A stretch of DNA of 64,000 bases, taken from the NCBI GenBank assembly GCA_973895155.1, contig OZ316894.1, positions 21,547,867 through 21,611,866 on the forward strand, given 5' to 3'. A model generated the notes under the pieces. It was not told the origin of the DNA, searched no databases, and saw nothing but the letters and a program-made list of their open reading frames with translations. Each line of letters begins with the position of its first letter. The stretch's first letter is position 1. The stretch is from Marsupella aquatica (lineage: Eukaryota > Plantae > Marchantiophyta). Both the position numbers and the translations under genes were made by a program. Positions 36,017 to 49,800 of this stretch are shown here, piece by piece.

Positions 36017-36876
36017 TCAAGAGAGATTGTTGGCCCGCTCGCACTCGTCGATCCAATCACTATACACATCAATTGGGTCGCTCAAAGCTGCATCACACAG
36101 AAACACGAAAAAGTGTGAGTGTTCAAGAAACAAGGTGAGCTAACATGTCCTAAGCGCAACGGACATGCCCCATGGTTTGGGGTTTCGGGGTTGACGTGTT
36201 TAAAGAGAAGACCCCTTTTGTCTCTACCCGCAGCAGAAATAAGCGATCTGATCCATGCAGAACCGAGAATCACAAATTGGAGCACGAAGAAGAGAATAAG
36301 CGATCTGATCCATGCAGAAATGAGAATCTCAAATTGGAGCACGGAGAAGAGAGAGAAGCTCCTTTGTCTCTACCCCCGGCCGATCTCGTCCACACACAGT
36401 TCAAAATCTCAAATTGAAGCACGGAGAAGAGACGTAAGGAAGTGGAAGGCCAAATAGGCAGAAAGGTTTAACCGAAAACCCTAAATTGGAGGACAGAACA
36501 GAGAAGCAACGAAGAATGGAGGCCTGATTGGTGCTGCCATCAGAACTTGAGCTGGAAACCCTAAATTCAAGCGTCAGCTGATTGCGTATAATCACTCGTC
36601 CATTCCTTTCATCTCTGTTTTCGCTCATCACCACTTCCACGCACAGGTCATTGTGGAATTCTACGAAAGCAGCCAAAAAGAGGTCGAGTTCGAACCGTCA
36701 ATGGTTGTGCTGAATTTCTCTTGGCAAATTCGACAGGAAGCCTCTCCGATCTGATTCTTTCGGTCCATTTTGCACTCCACGCTGTTGTCATGGTTGCAGA
36801 AGGGGCAACTGAACACGGTAGCCAATTTCTCCTGCCCTCTCTTCGGTGGAGCCTTAGCGGACTTCCTCTTCCCCAT
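36017..36876 (-). CDS. ELF1: Transcription elongation factor 1 homolog (Elf1 zinc ribbon), 2 exons 36876-36696 and 36087-36017; 83 aa
   Basis: MGKRKSAKAPPKRGQEKLATVFSCPFCNHDNSVECKMDRKNQIGEASCRICQEKFSTTID|ALSDPIDVYSDWIDECERANNLS*, with the canonical Elf1 CPFC...CRIC and PIDVYSDWID motifs. Confidence 0.95.
36236..36430. repeat. Intronic tandem repeat (~57-bp unit x2 plus partial) in the ELF1 intron
   Basis: AATAAGCGATCTGATCCATGCAGAA...GAGAATC(A/T)CAAATTGGAGCACG is repeated. Confidence 0.8.
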
Positions 36877-37301
36877 GATCACCTCCTCCGCCCCGTTCAC
36901 CACCAAATCGAGCTCGCAAAGCTGTCGTCTCGAGCAAACCCACAACACGAATCCTTCAAGTCGCAATCCAAAATTCTCCGCTGTGAGCAGCAATTCCGCC
37001 ACAAATTCTCGTCTCCGCAAATGTTGGTGCCACCGAAAGACCTTTCCGTTCCGAGCTCTGGCCTTTATGAGGACGTCTGGATTCAACCCAACTTCTCTTT
37101 TCGTGAATTGCTTGCGTGAATCCAGTGCAATAGAGCTGACGACTGTAGTCGTGGGCCATTTTTCTAGACTACAGGACTCGGTCTGCTTCGGGAGGACCAC
37201 AGCGGTGACTCATGAATTTACTATTCTTGGTAAGGGTGCAGCGCTTGGTTCTAGGGAAGCTAGTAAGGTTCCTTTGTTTGTTAGGGAAGTCTTCTTCCAT
37301 G

Positions 37302-37832
37302 TAAGGGTTCAAATAATAGGCCCCTTAAGTGATCAGGTGTCACCTTTGGAATGAGCAAGGGTTCAAATAATAGGCCCCTTAAGTGATCAGGTGGCACCTT
37401 TGGTATGAGCAAGGGTTCAAATAATAAGGCCCCTTAAGTGATCATGTGGCACCTTTGGCATGAGCAAGAGTTTCCTGCCTCAGCCCCCTCCTGAACCAGT
37501 CCTGACTCCTATACTTGTGGAATTTCAAGGCAAGGGCGGGAAACTTGAGGTCTTGTCCTTTGAAGTCACATAAACCTTTGAAATGGGCAAGAGTTTCCCA
37601 CCTCACCCCCCTCGTGGACCAGTCCTGACTCCTATACTTGTGGAGTTTCAAGGGCAAGGGTCGGAAACCTGAGGTCCTGTCCTTTTGAAGTCAGATTAAA
37701 CTTTGGAATGAGCAAGAGTTTCCTACCCCGCACCCCCCCCCCCCCCTCCTGTGGACCAGTCCTCACTCCTATACTTGTGGAGTTTCAAGGGCAAGGGGCG
37801 GAAACTTGAGGTCCCACCCTTTTTGAAGTCAG
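37302..37832. repeat. Two adjacent tandem arrays upstream of ELF1: ~54-56-bp unit x3 (37302-37465) and ~125-145-bp unit x3 (37462-37832)
   Basis: AAGGGTTCAAATAATAGGCCCCTTAAGTGATCAGGTG x3, then CCAGTCCTGACTCCTATACTTGTGGA(A/G)TTTCAAGG...GGAAAC(T/C)TGAGGTC...TTGAAGTCA x3. Confidence 0.88.
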
Positions 37833-40399
37833 ACAAAACAGACGACAATAACAAAAAATGGCAAAAAAAAACTGTGCACCTTGCACATAGCAATGGACAA
37901 GAGAATCTACATCCAGCAATTTAGGCAGTGCAAAGGGCCTATTTTTCGAAGAACTCACACCTGCAAGACAACCCTTAGACCCCCTCTGCAGTTCACTCCA
38001 GACTCTACTAGGCTCTACAGTTTGCCCATAGACGGGATCCTAGGTACTTCTTTCTTGTTGGTTTTTTGGTGGAGTTTTGTTTTTGTCCTTTAGGCTTTTG
38101 GGCTTTTTGGTTGTCACCCCTTGATTAAGTATTCTGCCTGTGAGACCTTGTCTCCGGTTTGGACGCCCCTTGACAGACCTGGTCTCCTGTTTCGATGCTC
38201 CCTGTTCTTTTGAATTTTGATGTGTAACAAATGTCCATTTAATCCTTAGTTTAGTGGTGGACCTTGCCACCCAGCGCCCTCACCAATCCCAACACTCACG
38301 CCTAAGTGCCCTTGGTGCCCGAACGCCTTTGCAGAATACCTCGAGCAAGTAACCTTGTGCCCCTTGAACCTCCAACGGCCCCTCCCATACAAAGCCGCAC
38401 TTGCTCTCCAACACGACCGCTACTCAACGGTCCTCACAATTTTCACAAACAACCAAGCACCTCGGTAAGTAACCCTTCAGGATCTAGAACTTGCCAAGTC
38501 TAGCATCCTAACTCAAGCTCAACAGACGTTGATAAATAGGTCAACGATAGGTCCTCCCGATGCCATAAGCCGGAACCAGAACCCACGCCCACTGTTCGTC
38601 CAGAACAACTCCTTCCTTGGGCGCGGCCCGGGTTCCCCCTCGTACCTATCCATCACCAACTGACCACCTTGACCCCAGGACATGCTCATGGCCCAAAATA
38701 GTGTAGCTTGTCCTAAAGCTTGTCCCAAGCTTGTCCCAACACGCCGGGACCAGAATGGCCCCGACTCTAGCATCCAACTCCCGGTTTGCCCCACTGATGG
38801 TCTAGGGGCCGAGCACCCTTGGAACTCAACCTCCACACCTACTTGGCCTTGCTGCTGTTCGGCAGAATTTGGCAAGTGGGCAAGTTAACACCCGCAAACC
38901 CCAAGAACCCATGGTGCCCCCAGACCCAGCTGAGCTCAGGAGAGCGTAGCCCTCCTCAAGAGCTTTCCAACGCACCCAAGAAGTCCTCTAACGGACTTCT
39001 CGTTGGGAAGATATTGTCGTTTCCATTTGGCGGTTTCCTTTAGTGTCGCGACCGCCGCGACTCACGACTTTGGCTCGCCATTAGCCCCCAGGGAGACACC
39101 ACTCCCCTCATATATGCTTATGGAGACCTGCCACCCCCGGACCAGCTTTGGTCCTTAAACATTTGGCCCCCAACCCGGATCCTATCGCGCATAATGGGCG
39201 CACCACCAACTGACAACGCCCATAACTTTCTCGTTAGGTATCCGCAAGAGGAGTGCCTTAGCCCATTGTGATTGGGCCGACCCAGTGCTCATGCCTAGGC
39301 CCTCAGGTCTCATCACCGCTCGGGGTCCCCGACCGGCCCAACCCGGATCGGGTCGTAACTTGCGCCCCAAGCGTCCGTTGCCCATGGCGTCAACTCCATT
39401 GGCCTTGGGCCCAAGAGGAGCTCACTCTCAAGCCCTCAAAACTCAAAGTACATCCGGAGGTCTGGATGACCATTCTTGAGCCCGACCCATTTCCCCTTGA
39501 CCCGACCAGCTATCAGCTAGTCCAAGTCCTTAGTGTGTGTCCCCAGCTTGGCTCCTTGCCTCGCAAGTGCCACGTCTCATTGCCCACAAGTCTCCCCATG
39601 CTAAGTCCTCCCTGGATGGCCTATCCGGACCTGGACCATAAGGGAGCTCGGCGTCGGAGTCAGTGACGCCGGAGCTAAGTGTTAAGGTAGTTGAGTTCCG
39701 CGACTAGTTTGAATGTTAATAGAAATCATAACATGAATAATCATCATTTTGACATGCATAATATCCTATCCTTGTTTCCATTCACATGTTTCTTCACTCT
39801 ATAGACATAGTGAGTCACATCCTAGCTTCTTTACTCTAGAAACCTAGACCCCAACTCTAGCTCCTAATCACAATTGGTTGGATAGATTTTAATAACAAAT
39901 TTGACCTAAGTTTGTATTTACCTTCCGTTGGTATCCAACTCAAGTAGATGTTCTTGGGCTCTCTAAAAAAGCAATTTGGAGAGATCTTTCCAACAATTGT
40001 TAGGCATTTACCTAAGTTAGTATTTATTCTTAGGTCTAAGGTTACAACTGTAGCTGTAGTTAGGGTGGACCTTAGTCACGGACTAGGTTAGGTTAACTAG
40101 GTTGCACATTATCTCCCAAGAGGTGTTGGTTTGGATAGGAGGAACTCAGACTCATTGTTACAGAGCCAATTGAGAGATAAGGAGATCTTGTATTTTGGAG
40201 ACTCGGCATGGCCGACTTGCGGAGACAACTTTATAAATACAAAATTTTCAATGAAATCTTATCAGTGGGGAGAGACAATTCGATCCATCAAATCAAACTG
40301 ATAAGTGCATGGCCTTTTGTATTGTAGTAAAAGTTGTACTTGCAAAGTATGGGGCCAAATTTAGGGTGGGGAGTCATCAGACTCTTCCGTGAAGGAAGA

Positions 40400-40870
40400 T
40401 AAATGCACATTTAACAAAGAAATGTAAACCAGCAACTACTCTTGTCAATTATTTTACAATTCTAAGTTTTTGCACTTATCAGGTAGCGCAAATAAAGTGA
40501 TGTAACTCCTACACTCTTATTGATAAATGTAAATCTAGGTCTTTGCACTTATCATGCAGTGCAATCCTGCAATAAATGCTTGATTAAGTGCACAACACAT
40601 GCTTCTTACCAGTGTGCACTCAGAGAGAGACACCTGTAATTGCACATTTAACAATGAGATGTAAACCATACATTCTTATTGATAAATGTACAATCTAAGT
40701 TTTTGCACTTATCAAGTAGTGAAGATCCGCATTAAGTGCACACCCCATGCTTCTTCCTGGTGTGCACTTAGAGAGAGATGCCTGTAGTTGCACATCTAAC
40801 AAGGAGACATAAACCATACACTCTTATCAATGAATGTACAATCTCAGTGTTTGCACTTATTATCTAGTGC
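40400..40870. repeat. Degenerate ~150-230-bp tandem units containing TTTGCACTTATC and a TAAGTGCACA...TGTGCACT hairpin
   Basis: GCACATTTAACAA...ATGTAAACCA...CTCTT...TACAATCTAAGTTTTTGCACTTATC recurs at ~40406, 40642 and 40791, with hairpins at ~40585 and ~40733. Confidence 0.7.
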
Positions 40871-40879
40871 AAACCCTTG

Positions 40880-41041
40880 TTAAACCACTCCTTGCCATAC
40901 AGAAAGGGAAGTATCCAAGACTCTCCCTTTTTCCACATTCAGCTCACTTTTCTCCTCTACTGTGCCAGTTCCTCACAATTGTAGGAAAATTAAATTTTAA
41001 TGGTAGCTATGGGTAACCCCTGGCTTTTGAAGGAGAGTGGT
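40880..41041 (-). mobile_element. Kolobok-derived MITE, copy 2 (reverse orientation, diverged)
   Basis: TTAA-ACCACTCCTTGCC...GGGAAGTATCCAAGAC...CACAATTGTAGGAAAAT...TAATGGTAGCTATGGGTAACCCCTGG...GTGGT aligns along its length to the reverse complement of 27963-28133. Confidence 0.75.
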
Positions 41042-41289
41042 GTCTGGGTTATTGCACCTCGAAATATGACAATATATGGTGTACAATGTCACTCCATACC
41101 ATGATAAACCTAATGCTTTTGTTAAAGCACTCAGTGCACACTCTATATTATCGCATTTTGATGTGCAATGAGCCTGAATGCCCATTCTTTGAATAGAAAG
41201 AGAGTCATAACACAAATCCACATGCATGATCATCATATTGACATTCCATACATCTATCAACATATATTTTTTGGGACCCTAATGTTATG

Positions 41290-41580
41290 GAGGCTTCACT
41301 TTAGAATCACTCTAGAAGCCTAGACCCCAACTCTAGTTCCTCATTGCATATAGTAGTAAAGCTTCACTCGAGAAACCTAGATCTCAACTCTAGCTTCTCT
41401 TAGCAAATTAGTAAAGGCTTCACTCTAAAAGCCTCAACCCCAACTCTAGCTTCTCTTAGCAAATTAGTAAAGGCTCCACTCTCAAAACCTGGACCCCAAC
41501 TCTAGCTACTATTCCGCAAATTAGTAAAGGCTTCATTCTAGAAGCCTAGACCTCAACTTTACTTTCTCTTAGCAAATTAA
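41290..41580. repeat. Tandem repeat, ~58-60-bp unit x5
   Basis: AAAGGCTTCACTCTAGAAGCCTAGACCCCAACTCTAGCTTCTCTTAGCAAATTAGT-like units. A related solo copy lies at ~39825-39865. Confidence 0.85.
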
Positions 41581-41587
41581 TAGTAAG

Positions 41588-41732
41588 ATTAAGGGGCCGC
41601 GTTTAAGTGCACACCACATGCTTTGTCCTGGTCAGCTGGTGTGCACTTAGAGAGAGACTATTAAGGGGCCACGTTTAAGTGCACACCACATGCTTCGTCC
41701 TGGTCAGCTGGTGTGCACTTAGAGAGAGACTA
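41588..41732. repeat. 72-bp direct duplication, each copy with a 13-bp-stem hairpin
   Basis: ATTAAGGGGCC(G/A)CGTTTAAGTGCACACCA...TGGTGTGCACTTAGAGAGAGACTA x2. TAAGTGCACACCA is the reverse complement of TGGTGTGCACTTA. Confidence 0.85.
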
Positions 41733-42774
41733 CTGTAATGTGATTACGTTACCCCCTGTAATGATGACTGCCGTTGGCCTGTCAGCAGAGCAGAGCAGGA
41801 CAAGTGGTGAGCGCAGGAGGTTCCAGATGCATCGAGGTTTTTCGAGGGTTTTCGATCGGATTTCTCTCGAAAGTGGTCGAATCGTCGAATTGCGCTTTCT
41901 CTGCTCAGCAAAACTCACTGTCGCAAAATCACTGCCTCAGTGAAGATAATCCTGCGAATGGGTACTGGACTCATGTAGAATTCCTTCCATTCCCCTCATC
42001 GCCCACTCAAAGCAATTGTTGGCTCATTTACGCAAAAAGAGTAGTAGATTTGACACTGTTTCTAGAGAACTCTCTTCTCTCTCCCTCCTCTGCCATTTCC
42101 CGTGTTGCTCACATTGTATGATCATGTAATATGTATGTCTAAGGGTCTTTATCTGGAGAATTTGTCCCCCGTTCTCTGTCATTCCTCATCGCCGCACATA
42201 GAGAGCAGTTTTTGGCCAGGCGACGAAATCTTGAACCCCAAGTGTCTAATCTTATCCTGAGAATTGGCGGCCACACATTTTCATCATCTTCGTTTCCTTC
42301 ACTTGTAAGTAAGGTCCAGAATATCGGCGCACACTTCAGGATCGACTCGCAGCACTGCCGGAGCTAGCATTCGGGAACCTTTCCATCCTTTGAGTGGGTG
42401 TTACTGCCTAACCAGTACGCTGACGTTGATTAGATACAAAAGCTTATAAGCTGTTGCTGTGGAGTTTGAGCAGATAGATCCTTACTCAGGGGACGTGGTT
42501 TGTGAATTGAACGTTCTAGGCCCTCTTCCTGTGGTTGTAGCTGTAACTGTTGATCCACCATTTCCGTAGGCAAGAACTATAAAGACTGCCGTGAGAGATT
42601 GATGGAGGACTGAACTAGAAGAGTGTCTCGCGAGGCGCGGTTTTGGGGTGGGAGCCATATATGCAGCGGTCATTGACACGATTGGCGAGGAGTTCTCTCC
42701 ATTTCACACTCCCCGTCCGAAATTCTTCTTCTTCAGTAGTCCAACCTACGAATTGCCTTGTAAAATTAGCAAAT

Positions 42775-45700
42775 ATGACATCGGCTGGAGTTCTTCCGTC
42801 GACTGCTGTGAGTCCTCCGATTGTCTCTACGTCTGCCTCCGCTTCGGCGAGCGCCAGTATCAGTTCGAGGTCCACTGCCAAGCCGGTGCAGAGTCTTGCA
42901 AATGGTTGGGCAGGACGGAGAACGTCGGCGCTCTCTGCCTCCTCTACATGGAGACGGACTTCGTTTCCGACGCATGTAGGGCTGAGGCAAGATGAAGCGG
43001 GAGAGAAGAATTTCGGGGGCAAGGTGCAGCCTCTACGGAGAACCATTCACGCGACTGCTCCTCGTGCGCAAGCTAATGACGGGAGGGTATGCCATACTCC
43101 ATTCCTCGTCGTTAAATTCGAACGTTTTTCCTCGTCTCTCGTTGTTTCTCTGTTATGTTCGTTCTTTGTCATTTTTAGGTTCAGTCTCAGCTGAATCTAA
43201 GTAGTCTTCGTGTGTGTTAAGTAGTTTGCTTTCCTGAATGAAGCGGGTTTCGATTATTTGTCAATTGCTTGAAGTAAGGGTGAATTTACAACATGTTGAA
43301 GGAAGTGCCTTCATTATTTGGATTCAATTCCCCCTCAATGCCTGATATTATCCACATCATTCGAGACCTAGATCCATTGTGGAGTCTCACTGCATCCTGG
43401 AATTGAAGCCATGCATGCCATTTGTCGTCCTTTCTTTGCATCGTTGATGCGGACTTGGTAACTGTTTGGCAGTCCAAAATTCTGGACGTTGTGATTTATG
43501 TCAGAGGGTTTAAAGTGCTGTCTAGTAAAGTTAACAGCGGAGATTGATTGGTCTTGTTTTGGGTTTTGGTAATGACTTTATGTCCGCAGATTAGTCAGAC
43601 GGAGTTCACTGACATGGCATGGCAAGCTGTTATCGCATCTCTCGATGTGGCGAAGGAGAGTAAGCAACAGATGGTCGAGACGGAGCATCTACTGAAAGCG
43701 CTGCTAGAACAGCGGAATGGGCTCGCTCGCCGGATTTTTGCTAAAGCCGGGGTTGACAATACCTCTCTTCTCAATGCTTCGGAGCGCTTCATTCAACGGC
43801 AACCGAAGGTATGTGACCATGATTGAATTCACATAACGGTCCTATGTTCGCATTTTGAAGTACTGATCAATTCTAATGTCTCAATGGTATTTCCTAAAGT
43901 TGAATGATCTCGTGTGCGATGTGTCTGATACAGAATCCTTGAAAATTTGGAAATTGATCGCCGTTTGAATGGTTATCATGTTGAGTACTGAAAGTTTTTA
44001 CATGAACACTCAGGTTACGGGGGATACTACTGGATCTGTCCTTGGGCGAGATTTAGAAGCTTTGATAGAGCGAGCAAGAGGTCAAAAGAAAACTATGGGA
44101 GATTCTTTCGTTTCTGTGGAGCACCTTGTACTCAGCTATCTCAAAGACCAGCGGTTTGGTCAGAACCTTTTCAAGGAGTTTAAAATTACTGAGCAGAGTT
44201 TGAAAGCTGCCATTGAAGCCATACGTGGCCCACAAAAGGTGACTGATCAAGGTAACTGTGCTACTCTCTGACAGTCATATCACCTCAGCTCCTCTTGTCA
44301 TCTCTGTCACCTCCTGCAACCTGGATACGATGACAATTGATTGATAGATCATTTAATTTAAGATTTTTTCATGGTTTCTCTCTTTCTTCCATTCTATCAT
44401 CCAACATTCTTTCTTGAGTTGCTTTCGTTTCCATGATTTTAGTGGCCCTTTGGCAAGATTCTTCTCAGGCTAGTCCAAGAGAGGAGAAAAAATAAACCCC
44501 ATTGTCCGAAAGAATGGGAAACCCGGATTGGTCACACTTACTCCCCTCTCCCAGTAGGGCGCCTGTTGTTCTTTGCTGTATTTTACAAACTTACTCATCC
44601 TAAAGTTTAGAGTGTAGTCCAGGTGATCTAGAGGTTCTCTGTGTTGTAGTCACAGTATCATTTTACATCTAATGATCACCTTCCATCCTTACCTCTCCGT
44701 TTCATTGTCACCCTGTACATCTGGGAGTCTACTTTGAAAATTCTCACATCTACTAAAATGCCTTATCTGATCGAAATTGGAAATCTGAATTCGTAGATGC
44801 TGAAGGAAAGTACGAAGCACTGGAAAAATATGGGATAGACTTGACAGAGTTGGCACGGCAAGGGAAATTGGATCCCGTCATCGGGCGAGATGATGAGGTT
44901 AGACGTTGCATTCAGATTCTCTCTCGGAGGACCAAAAACAATCCCGTTCTCATTGGTGAACCAGGAGTGGGTAAGACAGCAATATCTGAAGGGCTAGCCC
45001 AAAGGATAGTGCAAGGAGATGTTCCTCAAGCTCTCACCAATTGCAAGGTATATTTCACGTGCTTTCTCACGAGACTGATTTAATTTGATTTTAATAGAAA
45101 TTTGAGTTTTTTAATGTGTTGAAATCGAGGGCTGTTGTAGCAGATAAAAAAGTTCCAGATGGAAGTGCTTTCATGCAAGGATGCATTTCAAATTGCTGAG
45201 TTGTAAAAATGGCTTCCTCGTGCAGCTCATCTCCCTTGACATGGGTGCACTCATAGCCGGTGCCAAGATGCGTGGAGAGTTTGAAGATAGGTTGAAGGCA
45301 GTCCTGAAGGAGGTACAGGGGTCCAATGGAACGATCATTCTTTTCATCGACGAGATTCACACTGTTGTCGGCGCCGGTAATATGAAGTTGCATGGAGATT
45401 CTTAGTTTTTAACTAAAGACTAGTTTTAGTTGGCAAGACTAGCTTTAGAATAGGTTCCTGATAAGTGCACTGCAGAATTTTTTGATTGGTAGCGAAGATT
45501 AATCGTTTGAAGCTTTAGTTTAGAAACAAGGTGGATCGTAAATTGGGATTTTGTCCAGACAAGTGCATTGTGGACTCCTGAATGACTACCTCTTTGGAGC
45601 TTGATTTTAGGGAAAAGACGGAGCAACAGTCTTGTTCAATTATCTCATCGTCACGGTGGAATTCTGACTTTCCAGGCAAAGCCGATGGGGCTATGGATGC

Positions 45701-48506
45701 CGGAAACTTGCTGAAGCCAATGCTGGGAAGGGGAGAGCTGCGGTGCATTGGTGCCACAACTCTGGACGAGTATCGCAAGTACATAGAGAAAGATGCTGCC
45801 CTGGAGCGACGGTTCCAGCAAGTTTACGTTGACCAACCCTCTGTAGAAAACACAATCTCCATCCTTCGGGGCCTTCGTCAACGATACGAGCTGCATCATG
45901 CAGTTCGAATTTCTGATAGCGCCTTGGTGGAAGCTGCGGTGCTTTCAGATCGCTACATCAGCGATAGGTTCCTTCCTGATAAAGGTTCGTTCTCAACTGT
46001 TGTGTGTTTGTGTTGTATTGGGACGGTATCATTTTGCATCATTCGTTCCTCTGACAGGCGAAACTCAATGTTAAGTTAACCGGTTGAATGTTGAGGACGT
46101 CTATGTGACCGTCTGCTGCGGGATTCGAGCCTAACCCCTGAATTCGTTGCGTGGGTGGCATACAGCTATCGACTTGGTGGACGAAGCAGCAGCAAAATTG
46201 AAGATGGAGATTACTTCGAAGCCTACAGCATTGGATGAGATAGATCGAGCAGTCTTGAAATTAGAAATGGAGCGGTTGTCATTAGACAATGACACTGACA
46301 AAGGATCTCGGGACCGTCTCAGTAAGATTGTAAACGAGTTGAATCTCTGGAAGGAGAAGCAAAAGACGCTCACAGATCAATGGGAGCTTGAGAAGTCTGT
46401 CATGACACGAATCCAGTCAATTAAGGAAGAGGTAAACTCCGCAACCAATATCTATTGGAGTGAAAATTCTGCAGCATTTGAATTCAAGACTCGCACTCAA
46501 TTTTGAGGTTGGAGGGGCATTTCTTCAAACTAGACGTTCTGTCATACTGATAAATATTTGGTTGACGTTGACAGGTGGATAGAGTGAATCTAGAAATACA
46601 GCAAGCTGAACGTGACTACAATCTCAGCCGGGCCGCCGAGCTCAAGTACGGCAGTCTCATAACCCTCCAGAAGCAACTAGAGCAAGCAGAGAAGGGGTTG
46701 GACGAGTTTCGAGGAACTGGGAGGTCATTGCTTCGTGAGGAAGTGACCGGAGATGACATTGCAGAGATAGTGAGCAAATGGACAGGCATTCCATTGTCAA
46801 AATTGAAGCAGTCCGAGCGAGTAAAGCTCTTAAATCTGGACGAAGAGCTCCATAAACGTGTGATTGGTCAGGACCCAGCCGTGCGGTCTGTTGCAGAAGC
46901 GATCCAGCGCTCACGAGCTGGGCTTTCGGATCCCAATAAACCCATAGCGAGCTTCATGTTTATGGGCCCAACAGGTGTTGGGAAAACGGAGCTGGCTAAG
47001 GCGCTGACCGTTCATTTATTCGACACAGAGGAAGCATTAATCCGCATTGACATGAGCGAATACATGGAGAAACACTCTGTCTCCAGACTGATTGGTGCTC
47101 CCCCCGGATATGTAGGCTACGAAGAAGGTGGTCAGCTGACGGAAGCTGTGCGTCGTAGACCTTACTCGGTCCTCCTCTTCGATGAAATTGAGAAAGCACA
47201 TTCAGATGTGTTCAATCTCTTCCTCCAGATTCTCGATGACGGGCGAGTGACTGACTCGAGAGGAAGAACTGTGCATTTCAACAACACCATCATCATCATG
47301 ACGTCGAACGTGGGATCGCAATACGTTCTCAACAGTGCTGACGAGATGACATACGAGGCTATGAGAAACCGCGTGATGGAGGCTGCTAGGATGACTTTCC
47401 GACCTGAGTTCATGAACCGGGTGGATGAGTACATTGTATTCCAATCTCTCGACCGCGAGCAGATCAGCCGCATTGTAAAATTACAGGTATGTCTCTCTCA
47501 TTTGTCTTTGTAATTAAGCTAGACTAACAAGCAGTATTGTGGAGGGAGATCAAACCCTTAAAGATTTCGTCGCGGTCTGTAAGAGAGAGACCAGAGGACG
47601 AACAGTATAGAACTGTTACTTCGGAATTTCTGTAGTCATTAGTTTATCAGGCCCCATGAGTTGGATTCAGGGTTTCAAACGGATTTCGAATCAGACTCCT
47701 TGGAATTTTGTAGCAGTTTGTAAGAATGTACAGAGGACGGACTGTATAATGTATGAATGAGTGTTGCGGGGTTTCGTCAGTCATTAAGTTGGAAGCGGTT
47801 TTCAGAGGGATTGTGTTGAAGAAATAGCATGACTGAATGAACGTATACTGATAATGTACTAGAAAGATAAAATGGTTACTGCTGACTTGGTTTCTACTTG
47901 ACTTGATAGAGAGGCCCTGGAGCTGTCCACTCTGTAGGTTAACACTGGATTTGAGTCCTATCTGAGATTATCAGTCATCGAGCTGATCGAACGTCTAAAC
48001 TTTCCGAGAGCTAAAGTCATTTTGGGCTATATTTATTGATTTGAATTACTGGAACTAGAGTCGAGGAGGCTTTTTGTTTGTAAATTTGGTTTTCAAACAA
48101 AACGTGACGTGATCTTGTAAATCTGATTCGATGTTCCCTCTTTTTGGAATTGCGTTTGCAGTTGAATAGAGTACAAAAGAGACTTGACAGCAAGAAGATA
48201 ACTTTGAAGGTAAGCGACACAGCAATTTCACTACTGGCGAATCTCGGCTACGACCCCAATTATGGTGCTAGGCCTGTGAAGAGGGTGATTCAGCAACATG
48301 TAGAAAACGAGCTGGCAAAAGGCATTCTTAGAGGAGACTTCAAGGAGGACGACAAAATTCTGGCGGACACAACTCTCACAGCAGTCGATGGTGCTTCTCT
48401 CCCACAACTGAAGTTGTCGTTCACCAGGATAGAATCTGATGATGACTCTCCTCAGGAGCCCGACGTGGATCCACCTAAATATGCTGCCAGCTCTCTCAAC
48501 GCCTAA
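42775..48506 (+). CDS. CLPB3: Plastid-targeted ClpB/Hsp100 chaperone (ClpB3-like), 9 exons: 42775-43086, 43590-43808, 44014-44251, 44797-45047, 45226-45376, 45676-45984, 46166-46431, 46575-47486, 48162-48506
   Basis: Ser/Ala/Thr-rich transit peptide, Clp-N repeats ([17 protein letters not shown]), NBD1 [15 protein letters not shown], middle coiled coil, NBD2 [18 protein letters not shown], and GARPVKR. All junctions are GT-AG and in frame. Confidence 0.95.
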
Positions 48507-49202
48507 GATGGTAAATCTTAGTCAACTACCACGTATTTCTAATTGCAACACGGGTTTGTTTGGCAGCATTCCTGACTGAGCATGAGCCTTCGTTAGAGTG
48601 CTGTGAACTGGGATCGGATAGTTAACATTTTCTTCCTGAACATGCTGAGGAAGCCGCTAACCGATCTATCAGGATCTGAGGTTATTAAGGTGGTAGGCAT
48701 TATAGCTTCGTTTATTTATGGACGTGAGCTGAGCGACAGCTCCATGCTAGTAGAGTCCCGGGCCCGGAGAAACGTTGAGGTCAAGATAGGCAACCGTCTC
48801 CAGCTTGCACGTTCAGAAGGGTGTATTATAAGCAGCGACTTATAATTATCCTTTAGATTAAGAATGTTTGTATCATAGACATCGATTACCAAATATACCA
48901 CTTCGGAATAGGAAATAAATCCTACTTCCTGCAAATTGGGTGGAAGTTGTAACTGTCGTTCAGATTTTGTTCTCCTCAATGATGTTTGGTCAATGTCCCG
49001 CTTAGTAGCATTAAATTAAACTGATTGAAAAAAAAAGCCGATTGCAAAATATCGCATTGACACACCGATTAGATCGACCTGGCATTTTAGCTCCATGTCA
49101 AAATGAATTGAACCCACAATTCTGCGGAAAGTCACTTTTTCCATTTGGTCTCTTTCATCTGTTCAATAACAGCAAAACCGCGTTTGCAAAAAATCTTCAA
49201 AT

Positions 49203-49800
49203 GGCATGCAGCTGGGGACACACCTCTCGCCATTTGGCACGGATCGAAGCAATCCACAGTTGAAGCGTCGCACATCTTCACCGAGTACAAGACAGTCAGG
49301 CCCTTTTCCTTGTCTCCAGAGCATTCACCCAAAGGCTACCAATTTTGTTGCATCCTGGCGTACATCTGGAGACACACCCCTCCCCATCTCGCACGGATCG
49401 AAGCAGTCCAGAGTTGAAGCGTCGCACATCTTCATCGAGTACAAGACAATCAGGCCCTTTCCCTTGTCTCCAGAAGATTCACCGAAGGGTTACTAATTTT
49501 GTTGCATCCTGGCGTACAGCTGGAGACACACCATCGCCAGACACACCCCTCGCCATCTGGCACGGATCGACGCAATCCAGATTTCAAGCGTCGCACATCT
49601 TCATTGAGTATTGAGTATTGAGTATATATATAACAATCAGGCCCCCTTCTCGTCTCTCGTCTCCAGATCCTTGCATCGAAGGCCTACAAAAACTATATAT
49701 ACGGCATCACGGCATACGGCTGGAAACACAGCCCCCGCCCTTTGTCAAGCGTCGAAGCAATCCAGAGGTGAAGCGTCTCACCTCTTCATCGAGCATGTGA
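49203..49800. repeat. Tandem repeat, ~154-bp unit x4 (last copy diverged)
   Basis: GGC(A/G)T(G/A)CAGCTGG(G/A)GACACACC...CACGGATCGAAGCAATCCA...GAAGCGTCGCACATCTTCA at ~49203, 49357, 49511 and 49711. Confidence 0.88.

Noticed and set aside
36477-36566. AAACCCTA telo-box/telomere-like motifs (also ~15521, ~32733, ~53043)
   Set aside because: Isolated single units are common in plant genomes and do not form an interstitial telomere array.
36661-37354. Long 179-aa and 194-aa ORFs around ELF1
   Set aside because: The 179-aa ORF is the ELF1 exon extended through 5' UTR and intron. The 194-aa ORF is its antisense shadow.
38200-39700. GC-richer stretch with many short ORFs, possible retroelement
   Set aside because: No gag, RT, integrase, LTR or PBS signatures seen.
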